A stretch of 64,000 bases of DNA from Candidatus Kuenenia stuttgartensis (GTDB lineage Bacteria > Planctomycetota > Planctomycetia > Pirellulales > UBA1268): NCBI GenBank assembly GCA_945890755.1, contig CAMDDA010000001.1, positions 7,656-71,655 of the forward strand, in the 5' to 3' direction. Positions 37,605-47,654 of this stretch are shown here, piece by piece (positions within the stretch are counted from its first letter, which is position 1; each line of letters opens with the position of its first letter). The notes under the pieces were generated by a model that saw nothing but the letters and a program-made list of their open reading frames with translations, did no database searches and was not told the origin of the DNA. A program made the position numbers and the translations under genes.

Positions 37605-37948
37605 TGGCCATGGCCCACCCCTCACGACGCAGTGATGCCCCTGGTCCGCTGTCGATCGGCAGCGTGATGTCGCGGCTGATGGCGCGGGCGGGATATGACC
37701 GCGAGCAGGCCTCGTCCGGGCTCGAGTCGGCCTGGCGGGAGGCCGTGCCGGAGAGCCTGCGGGCAGCCTCGCGTCCGGGGCTCGTGCGGCGAGGCGTGCT
37801 CGAAGTGTTCGTGAGCCATTCGGCCCATGTACAGGAACTCGCCTTCCAGAAGCGGGCCGTGGTAGCGAGGCTGCAAACCCTTCTGCCCGCCGAGGGTATC
37901 ACCGATATTCGCTGCCGGCTCATGGCCGATGCCGGTGGCTCCACCTGA
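37604..37948 (+). CDS. DUF721-domain protein (DciA-like)
   Basis: ATG at 37604 overlaps the dnaN stop (TGATG). 114 aa. VRRGVLEVFVSHSAHVQELAFQKRAVVARLQ is typical of DUF721. It sits in the position usually held by recF/DUF721 between dnaN and gyrB. Confidence 0.62.
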   Translation: MAMAHPSRRSDAPGPLSIGSVMSRLMARAGYDREQASSGLESAWREAVPESLRAASRPGLVRRGVLEVFVSHSAHVQELAFQKRAVVARLQTLLPAEGITDIRCRLMADAGGST

Positions 37949-40486
<2,538 letters not shown>

Positions 40487-40516
40487 TCGGCCTGTGCACG
40501 CCGCCACCGGCCCTCG

Positions 40517-40761
40517 TCCCCGCTCGCGTCCATAGAAGCCCCCAGGCGCAAGCCGGGGGATCGCGTTATGGGTGGGGTGATCTTGTCACTCGCACGATCC
40601 CCTCGCTCGCGCTCAGGGCTTGTATGAGACCGACGCGCATAGAACGCGAACCGGGGGATCACCCCGCACCCAATAAAAGCCCCCAGGCGCAAGCCGGGGG
40701 ATCGTGGCTCTGTACGGCACCGCCCGCGCGATCCGCTCGCTCGTGCTCGGGGGTCGTAGAA
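40517..40761. repeat. cluster of composite palindromic repeats (A->B orientation) downstream of gyrB
   Basis: Full 97-bp element at 40530-40626 (CCATAGAAGCCCCCAGGCGCAAGCCGGGGGATCGCG...GATCCCCTCGCTCGCGCTCAGGGCTTGTATG). Truncated A unit at 40638-40662. Second, more diverged element at 40671-40761. Confidence 0.9.
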
Positions 40762-40775
40762 GACCCTCGAGTTGC

Positions 40776-41690
40776 TCACCGACCCAGCAGCCGCCCCGGG
40801 GACATGCCGGAGACGCGTTTGAAGGCGCGGGAGAACTGGTACTGGTCGGCGAAGCCCAGGTGTGCCGCGACCTGCTTCACCAGCAGCCGGTCGTGCGTGA
40901 GCAGGTCGGCTGCGAGGTTCATCCGCTGCCGGAGCAGGTATTGATAGGGGCTCGCCGTGTCGAACCGCCGAAAGAGGCGGCAGGCGTAGGCGGACGAGAT
41001 GCCGAACTCCCGTGCGGCCTGATCCACCGACGTGAGCCGCTGCCGGTGGGCCGCGAGAAACTCGCGAAACCGCTCGTAGGAGGCGAAGGCCTGTGCGTCG
41101 CCGCCATCAGCCGGCACCGCCCGCTCCGCGATCTTCGTCAATAGCACGCCGAGCAGCTGTGTGCACAGCAACTGGCTGTGCCGCGACTGGGCGAGCCCGC
41201 ACTGCTGCAGGAGATCGAAGACCTCCTCGATTTCGGCCGGCCGGCCGACTGTCAGGTGGCCGCCCGGCGCGAGCCGCGCGGCCCGCAGCCGAGCCGGCGC
41301 CTCGCGGCCGACGAAGTCGATGTAATACTTCCGCAGCCGGCGGCGGCGGTCGGTGCGAATCACGTGCGGCAGGCCCGGGCCGTAGGCAAAGACGCTGCCC
41401 CCCGCGAGCGGGAAGTCGCGACCGCGGAGCGACACGGCGCCCCGTCCCGCCGCCACGAATTCGACACAGCAATACGGAAAGTCCTCTCGCGCGACCACGT
41501 AATCCGCCCGCACCCGCTCCATGCCACCGCACACGACGGCGAGCGGTCTGTCGGCGGCGGGCCGCAGGTCGAGAAAGTAGCGATCGGCCGCCACCACCTG
41601 GCGGGACACGAAGGCAGGCAGCGGACGAATGCGACGGGACGGCGCGGGCATGCGGTCAAGAATAGCCATCCCCGGGTCAAGAATCATCAT
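40776..41690 (-). CDS. AraC-family transcriptional regulator
   Basis: N-terminal cupin-like sensor and C-terminal double HTH (AAREFGISSAYACRLFRR...VKQVAAHLGFADQYQFSRAFKRVSGMSP). The start may be 41651 (MPAPSRR). Confidence 0.82.
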   Translation of the reverse strand: MMILDPGMAILDRMPAPSRRIRPLPAFVSRQVVAADRYFLDLRPAADRPLAVVCGGMERVRADYVVAREDFPYCCVEFVAAGRGAVSLRGRDFPLAGGSVFAYGPGLPHVIRTDRRRRLRKYYIDFVGREAPARLRAARLAPGGHLTVGRPAEIEEVFDLLQQCGLAQSRHSQLLCTQLLGVLLTKIAERAVPADGGDAQAFASYERFREFLAAHRQRLTSVDQAAREFGISSAYACRLFRRFDTASPYQYLLRQRMNLAADLLTHDRLLVKQVAAHLGFADQYQFSRAFKRVSGMSPGRLLGR

Positions 41691-41726
41691 TCCGCGCCCG
41701 GCCCATGACCCATAGACTCAAAAACC

Positions 41727-42980
41727 ATGAAAGCCCTGCCCCGTCTCTCCTTCGGTGTCGGCGACCGGTTCGCCCACGAGGCCGAGGCCCAACTCGCGGC
41801 CTTCGAGAAGCTGGCAGCGGCCGGCGTCGTCGTCGCGCCGGTGTGGAACAAGTCGAACCGCGAGCACTCGTTCATCGGCAGCGAGCCGGCGAGCGTGCGC
41901 GACGCGGCGGCCCGCGCGGTGGCCGCCCGAGGCTGGCCGCATCCCTGGTTCGTCGATGCCGACCACATCCGCCTCGAGACGGTGGACCGCTTTCTGGCGG
42001 CGAGCGACTTCTTCACGATCGACGTGGCCGACTCGATCGGCGTGCCGGCTGATGCCGGGGCCGTGGCGGCGTTCAGCGACCGGCACCCCGAGTTTTCGGC
42101 GCCGCTGGTGATCCCCGGAATCGCCGAGCCGATCCGGCTCACGGCCGACGCCCTGGCGGCGATCGTGCGGACGTATCAAGCCGCCTGCCGCGAGGCGGGG
42201 GTCATCTGGCGACACATCCAGGCAGCCCGTGGTGACGACGTCGTCATCGAGGTCAGCATGGACGAGACCGACGCGCCGCAGACGCCGCCTGAATTGCTCG
42301 TGATCCTCGCCCTGCTCGCCGAGGAAGGTGTGCCGCTGCAGACGATCGCCCCGAAGTTCACCGGCCGGTTCAACAAGGGCGTGGACTACGTGGGCGACCT
42401 GGCCCAGTTCGAGCGGGAGTTTGCCGCCGACGTCGCCGTGTGCGGCTTTGCCTCACGGCAGTACGGCCTGCCCGCCACGCTCAAGCTCTCTGTGCATTCG
42501 GGGAGCGACAAGTTTTCGCTCTACCCCGTGATCCGCCGCACGCTCGCGAGCACCGGCGCCGGCGTTCACCTGAAGACTGCCGGCACGACCTGGCTCGAGG
42601 AGGTGATCGGTCTGGCCGAGGCGGGGGGCGACGGCCTCGCCCTCGCCCGGGAGATCTATGCCTACGCCCTCGACCATGTCGAAGAGTTCTGCGCTCCGTA
42701 CGCGTCGGTGATCGACATCGATCGCGGGCGGTTGCCGCCGGCTGCCGAGGTGAACAGCTGGAGCGGCCCGCGACTCGCGGCGGCGATCCGCCACGTGCCG
42801 GGCTGCCCGGAGTTCAACGCCGACATGCGGCAATTGCTCCACGTGTCGTTCAAGGTGGCGGCGAAGCATGGCCGCCGTTACACCGACCTGCTCGTGGCCA
42901 ACCGTGAGATCGTGGCCCGGCAGGTCACCGACAACCTCTTCGAGCGGCACATGCGGCCGTTGTTTGTGGAGACGGCATGA
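41727..42980 (+). CDS. uxaE: tagaturonate/fructuronate epimerase family protein
   Basis: Colinear blocks with Thermotoga UxaE as I recall it: DADHIR, FFTIDV, EVSMDETD.PQTP, KG.DY.GDLAQFEREF, LSVHSGSDKFS.YP, HLKTAGT.WLE. Confidence 0.7.
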   Translation: MKALPRLSFGVGDRFAHEAEAQLAAFEKLAAAGVVVAPVWNKSNREHSFIGSEPASVRDAAARAVAARGWPHPWFVDADHIRLETVDRFLAASDFFTIDVADSIGVPADAGAVAAFSDRHPEFSAPLVIPGIAEPIRLTADALAAIVRTYQAACREAGVIWRHIQAARGDDVVIEVSMDETDAPQTPPELLVILALLAEEGVPLQTIAPKFTGRFNKGVDYVGDLAQFEREFAADVAVCGFASRQYGLPATLKLSVHSGSDKFSLYPVIRRTLASTGAGVHLKTAGTTWLEEVIGLAEAGGDGLALAREIYAYALDHVEEFCAPYASVIDIDRGRLPPAAEVNSWSGPRLAAAIRHVPGCPEFNADMRQLLHVSFKVAAKHGRRYTDLLVANREIVARQVTDNLFERHMRPLFVETA

Positions 42981-42987
42981 AGGATCT

Positions 42988-43163
42988 CCATTCAAGCCCT
43001 GAGCGCGAGCGAGGAGATCGAGTGCGGGCGTCGTCCCACCGATCGCGATCCCCCGGCTTGCGCCTGGGGGCTTCTATGGTGAGCCGCGGTTCGTCCCATT
43101 CAAGCCCTGAGCGCGAGCGAGGGGATCGAGTGCGGGCGTCGTCCCACCGATCGCGATCTATGG
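42988..43163. repeat. composite palindromic repeats (B->A orientation), tandem pair
   Basis: 42988-43079 is a full 92-bp element, the reverse complement of the 40530-40626 type. 43096-43163 is the same element with a precise loss of the 24-nt A-hairpin core. Period is 108 bp. Confidence 0.9.
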
Positions 43164-43194
43164 TGAGGCGCGGTTCGGGATGGGGTATCGGCGC

Positions 43195-44019
43195 ATGAAG
43201 TCAGCCGTGACGATCTGTCTCGTGCCCGAGGCTCGGCAGGGGCCGTTCGTGTTTCACGACGGTCTCGAGGCGGGCTGCCTGGCTGCCGCCGAACTGGGCT
43301 TCGACGCCGTGGAGGTGTTTCCCGCGTCGGCGGCCGACCTCCCGCTCGAGCAACTCCGCGGGCTCCTGGTGACGCATGGCCTGACACTCGCCGCCGTCGG
43401 CACCGGCGCCGGCTGGGTGAAGCACGGCCTGCACCTCTGCCATGCCGACCCCGTGATCCGCGGCCGGGCCAGGGAATTCATCGCCGCGATCGTGGATGTG
43501 GCCGGGCTGCTCGGTGCCCCCGCGATCATCGGCTCGATGCAGGGACGCAGCGACGCCACGATGCCGCGCGAAATGGCGCTCGATCACCTTGCAGACGCCC
43601 TCCACGAGCTTGGCAGAGTGGCCGCGGCCCACGGGCAGGCGCTCCTCTACGAACCCCTCAATCGCTACGAGACGAACCTGTTCAACCGTCAGGTCGACGC
43701 CGCGGAGTGGCTGCGGTTGCGGGGCATCCGGCACGTGAAGCTGCTCTGTGATCTCTTCCATATGAATATCGAAGAGCCTGATCTGGCCGCGGCCCTCGTC
43801 ACCTGCGGCGACCTCGTGGGTCACGTCCACTGGGCCGACTCCAACCGGCAGGCCGTCGGATTCGGCCATGCCGACATCCCGCCCGTCGTCGCCGCGCTCG
43901 AGTCGATCGGCTATCGCGGCTTTCTCTCGGCGGAGGTGTTTCCGCTGCCCACGCCGCAGGACGCCGCCCGGCAATCGCAAGCCAGCTTCCGCCATCACGT
44001 CGCCCGTCTCGCTTCCTGA
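43195..44019 (+). CDS. sugar phosphate isomerase/epimerase (xylose isomerase-like TIM barrel)
   Basis: GFDAVEVF, GAPAIIGSMQG, LLYEPLNRYETNL and LCDLFHMNIEE are typical of the family. Start ATG 43195 (MKSAVTI); track start is 43180. Confidence 0.72.
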   Translation: MKSAVTICLVPEARQGPFVFHDGLEAGCLAAAELGFDAVEVFPASAADLPLEQLRGLLVTHGLTLAAVGTGAGWVKHGLHLCHADPVIRGRAREFIAAIVDVAGLLGAPAIIGSMQGRSDATMPREMALDHLADALHELGRVAAAHGQALLYEPLNRYETNLFNRQVDAAEWLRLRGIRHVKLLCDLFHMNIEEPDLAAALVTCGDLVGHVHWADSNRQAVGFGHADIPPVVAALESIGYRGFLSAEVFPLPTPQDAARQSQASFRHHVARLAS

Positions 44020-44031
44020 AGGTACCTCGAC

Positions 44032-44484
44032 ATGCTCAACGGTCCCCTGCTCCACCCCGACATTCTCCGAATCCTCGCCCGCTCGGGGCACCACTCGAAG
44101 GTGCTGATCGCCGACGGCAATTATCCCGCCGCCAACAAGCGGGGCCCCCGGGCGGAGCTCGTGTCGCTCCAACTCGTGCCCGGCGTGCCCACCGTCGCAC
44201 AGGTGTTGGAGGCGATCCTCGGCGCCGTGCGGATCGACGAGGTGAACACGATGGGCGTGGATCGCACCGACTCCTACGCCGCCGCCACGCCGGGCGACCC
44301 ACCCGTGTGGGCCGACTACCGGCGGATTCTCGCGGCCGCGGAGTCGCCGTGCGAGCTTCTGCCGATCGTGAAGTGGGACTTCTACGCCGCCGTCGCCTCC
44401 GACGACCACGTGCTCACGATCCAGACCGCCGACACCCAGCCCTGGGCCAACCTCCTTCTCTCCCTCGGCTGCAGGACGTTTTGA
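44032..44484 (+). CDS. fucU: RbsD/FucU-family mutarotase (L-fucose mutarotase-like)
   Basis: 150 aa. HPDILRILARSGHHSKVLIADGNYP matches the RbsD/FucU active-site block. Confidence 0.7.
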   Translation: MLNGPLLHPDILRILARSGHHSKVLIADGNYPAANKRGPRAELVSLQLVPGVPTVAQVLEAILGAVRIDEVNTMGVDRTDSYAAATPGDPPVWADYRRILAAAESPCELLPIVKWDFYAAVASDDHVLTIQTADTQPWANLLLSLGCRTF

Positions 44485-44487
44485 ACC

Positions 44488-45420
44488 ATGCAGACACGCC
44501 CGCTCGGCTCCACCGGCCTCCAGGTTCCGATCCTCTCCTTCGGCGCGAGCTCGCTCGGCGCCGAGTTTCGCTCGATCACGCTCGAGGAGGCCGTCGCCAG
44601 TGTGCACGCGGCGGTCGAATGCGGCCTGAACCTGATCGACACGAGCCCCTTCTACGGCCGCGGCATGAGCGAGGTGCTGCTCGGCGTGGCGCTTGCCATA
44701 CCTCGGGATACGTACCTGCTGTGCACGAAGCTCGGCCGCTACGACCTGGGCCACTTCGATTTCTCGGCCCGGCGGGTGGCCGAGAGCATCGACGTGTCGC
44801 TGCATCGGCTGCGGACCGACCATCTCGACATCGTGCTCTGTCACGACATCGAGTTCGTACCCATGCAGCAGATCGTGGATGAGACGCTGCCGGCGCTCGA
44901 GCGGGCCCGGCAGGCGGGCAAGCTGCGGTTCATCGGGTTCAGCGGGTATCCGCAGAAGATTTTCCGGTACATCTGCGACCAGGCCCGTGTCGACTGCGTG
45001 CTCAACTACAACCAATACACGCTGCAGAATACGCGGTTCGCCGACGAGACGATTCCGTATCTCAAGGCCAAGGGTGTCGGCGTGATGAATGCCGGGCCGT
45101 TCAGTGCGCGGCTGCTCACCGACGCCCCGCTGCCGGCCTGGCTCAAGGAACCGGAGAGCGTGAAGCAGGCGGCGCGGCAGGCGGCGGATCTCTGCCGGGC
45201 TCGCGGCAGTTCGATCGCGAAGCTGGCGCTGCAGTTCGCGATCGCCAATCCCGACATCGCCACCACGGTGGCCGGCAGCGCGAATCCCGCCAACGTGCGG
45301 GCCTGGGCCGCCTGGGCCGCCGAGCCGATCGACCTGGATCTCGTTCGCGATGTGCAGGCGATCTTCGCTCCGGTGAGGAATGTCGGGCATGTGGAAGGTT
45401 TGCCGGAGAACAACCATTGA
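44488..45420 (+). CDS. aldo/keto reductase (aldose 1-dehydrogenase-like)
   Basis: LGSTGLQVPILSFGASSLG, IDTSPFYGRGMSE, CHDIEF. Starts 3 nt after the fucU-like stop. Confidence 0.8.
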   Translation: MQTRPLGSTGLQVPILSFGASSLGAEFRSITLEEAVASVHAAVECGLNLIDTSPFYGRGMSEVLLGVALAIPRDTYLLCTKLGRYDLGHFDFSARRVAESIDVSLHRLRTDHLDIVLCHDIEFVPMQQIVDETLPALERARQAGKLRFIGFSGYPQKIFRYICDQARVDCVLNYNQYTLQNTRFADETIPYLKAKGVGVMNAGPFSARLLTDAPLPAWLKEPESVKQAARQAADLCRARGSSIAKLALQFAIANPDIATTVAGSANPANVRAWAAWAAEPIDLDLVRDVQAIFAPVRNVGHVEGLPENNH

Positions 45421-45450
45421 GAAGCGAGGAATCGGGTCATGCTTCAGGCC

Positions 45451-45730
45451 CATGAAGCCCTCAGCGCCAGCAAGGGGATTTGCCGTGCGGACATGGAAGC
45501 CCTGAGCGCCAGCGAGGGGATCGTTTGGGTGGGCCGGCTCGGGAGCGGCAACTGTCTCGTCGCGGGACCTCGAAGACTCGGTCCACATGCTCCTCGAGCA
45601 GTCGCCGACTCCCTCGCCTCCTCGGATGGCTCGACGCAAAAAAGCCCTGAGCGCAAGCGAGGGGATAGTGCCGAGAACAGCGGTAACATCGAAGACTCGG
45701 TCCACATGCTCCTCAAGCTCGCCTCCTGTT
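45451..45730. repeat. mosaic of B-type half elements (x3) and C-type repeats (x2) inside the sugar cluster
   Basis: AAGCCCT(G/C)AGCGC(C/A)AGC(G/A)AGGGGAT occurs at about 45455, 45497 and 45642. C units are at 45562-45625 and 45688-45728 (TCGAAGACTCGGTCCACATGCTCCTC). Confidence 0.88.
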
Positions 45731-45765
45731 ACCGCTTCGCCTCGTGTGATGGGTAGGGTAGATCG

Positions 45766-46614
45766 ATGCACATTGACTCACATCAGCACTTGTGGCGGTA
45801 TACGCAGGCGGAGTATCCGTGGATCGGCGCCGGCATGGAGCGGATCGCGCGGGACTTTCTGCCGGGTGATCTGGCAGGGGTGGCGCAGTCGCAGGGCATC
45901 GGCGGCAGTGTGGCCGTGCAGGCGCGGCAGTCGCTGGCGGAGAGTCGCTGGCTCTTGGAGCTGGCCGACGCCGATCCGTTCGTGCGGGGCGTGGTGGGCT
46001 GGGTCGATCTGCAGAGTCCCGACGTCGTGTGGCAACTCGAACCACTCGCGGCGCATCCGCGGTTCGTGGGCGTGCGGCACGTCGTGCAGGACGAGCCCGA
46101 TCCGCGGTTCCTGCTCGGCGAGGCGTTCGTCCGCGGGCTCGAGCAGCTCCGGCGGTTCGATCTCACCTACGATCTCCTGCTCTATCCCGAGCAGCTGCCC
46201 GCGGCGGTCGAGCTTGTGGGTCTGCTGCCCGAACAGCCGTTCGTGCTCGACCACCTGGCGAAGCCGAGGATCGCGGCGGGGGGTGCGTGGGATGGCTTTG
46301 CCGGCTGGCGGCGGAACATCGAATCCCTCGCGGCACACGGCAACGTCACGTGCAAGGTGTCGGGTATGGTGACCGAGGCGGCGTGGCGGGGCTGGAAACC
46401 GGCCGACTTCGTGCCCTGCCTCGACGTCGTGCTCGCGGCCTTCGGCCCCGAGCGGCTCATGTTCGGCAGCGATTGGCCCGTGTGCCTCGTGGCGGCCGAG
46501 TACGCCGACGTGGTGGGGATCGTGCGGGACTATTTCAGTCAGGCGGCGGCCGGTGAGCAGGCACAGATCTTCGGCGACACTGCCACCCGGTTTTACGGAC
46601 TCACAGAGGAGTGA
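45766..46614 (+). CDS. amidohydrolase-2 family lactonase (L-fucono-1,5-lactonase-like)
   Basis: MHIDSHQHLWRY..YPWI metal-binding start, DLTYDLL and VLDHLAKP blocks. Confidence 0.65.
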   Translation: MHIDSHQHLWRYTQAEYPWIGAGMERIARDFLPGDLAGVAQSQGIGGSVAVQARQSLAESRWLLELADADPFVRGVVGWVDLQSPDVVWQLEPLAAHPRFVGVRHVVQDEPDPRFLLGEAFVRGLEQLRRFDLTYDLLLYPEQLPAAVELVGLLPEQPFVLDHLAKPRIAAGGAWDGFAGWRRNIESLAAHGNVTCKVSGMVTEAAWRGWKPADFVPCLDVVLAAFGPERLMFGSDWPVCLVAAEYADVVGIVRDYFSQAAAGEQAQIFGDTATRFYGLTEE

Positions 46615-46617
46615 CCC

Positions 46618-47649
46618 ATGCAGGCCCTATTGCTCGAACAGCCCAAGGCGTTTCGGTTCATCGACATCCCCGAGCCGCCGGCGCCGGCCGCAGGCGAGGC
46701 CGTGGTGCGGGTGCACGCCGTGGGCATCTGCGGCACCGACTACGGTGGCTATCTCGGGAAGATGCCGTTCTTCAGCTACCCGCGGATTCCGGGGCACGAA
46801 CTCGGCGTCGAGGTGGTGGCCGTCGGACCGGACGTCACGAACGTGAAGGTCGGCGACCGCTGTTGCGTCGAGCCCTACATCAACTGCCAGGAGTGCCCGT
46901 CGTGCCGCCGCGGGCTTACCAACTGCTGCGAGCATCATCAGACGCTCGGCGTGCACTGCGACGGCGGCCTGCGGCCCCTGTTCACGGTGCCGGCCCGCAA
47001 GCTTCATCCGTCGCCCCGGCTCTCGCATGCCCAAAACGCCCTGGTGGAGACGCTCGCCATCGGCTGCCATGCAGTCGATCGCGGTGCTCCCGGGCCGAGC
47101 GACACGGTGCTCGTGATCGGCGCCGGTCCGATCGGCCTCTCGGTCGTGGAGTTCGCGAAGCTCGCGGCAGGTCGCGTGATCGTGATGGACATGACCGAGT
47201 CACGCCTCGCATTCGTTCGCGAGCGGATGGGCGTGGCTGACACGCTCCTGGCGACCGGCACCGCCGCCGACGAAGCCGCCGTGGGCAAACTGACTGGTGG
47301 ACGGATGGCCGACGTGGTGGTCGATGCCACCGGGAGTGCCGCCAGCATGGCCGGGGCCCTGAATTTCTGCTCGTTCGGCGGCCGGCTCGTCTACGTGGGG
47401 ATCACGCAGGCCGATCTCGTGTTTCCGCACGCGCCGGTGATGCACCGCCGGGAACTCACGCTCTTGGCCAGCCGCAACGCCCTCTCCCGCGACTTCGGGC
47501 GGATCATCGGCCTCATCGAGGCGGGCACGATCGACACCCGGCCCTGGATCACCCACCACGTGCCGTTCGGCGACACGATCACGGCGTTTCCGGGCCTCAT
47601 GGAGCCGGCCGCCGGCACGCTCAAGGCCGTGATCGACTTGCCGGTGTGA
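46618..47649 (+). CDS. zinc-dependent medium-chain alcohol/sugar dehydrogenase
   Basis: GICGTDY, GHELGVEVV, structural Zn Cys cluster CQECPSCRRGLTNCC, and Rossmann VIGAGPIG. Confidence 0.82.
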   Translation: MQALLLEQPKAFRFIDIPEPPAPAAGEAVVRVHAVGICGTDYGGYLGKMPFFSYPRIPGHELGVEVVAVGPDVTNVKVGDRCCVEPYINCQECPSCRRGLTNCCEHHQTLGVHCDGGLRPLFTVPARKLHPSPRLSHAQNALVETLAIGCHAVDRGAPGPSDTVLVIGAGPIGLSVVEFAKLAAGRVIVMDMTESRLAFVRERMGVADTLLATGTAADEAAVGKLTGGRMADVVVDATGSAASMAGALNFCSFGGRLVYVGITQADLVFPHAPVMHRRELTLLASRNALSRDFGRIIGLIEAGTIDTRPWITHHVPFGDTITAFPGLMEPAAGTLKAVIDLPV

Positions 47650-47654
47650 CCGGG

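Noticed and set aside
43201-45771. 856-aa ORF on the minus strand
   Set aside because: It runs antisense through four recognised sugar-metabolism genes and through the repeat mosaic at 45.4-45.8 kb. It has no motifs.
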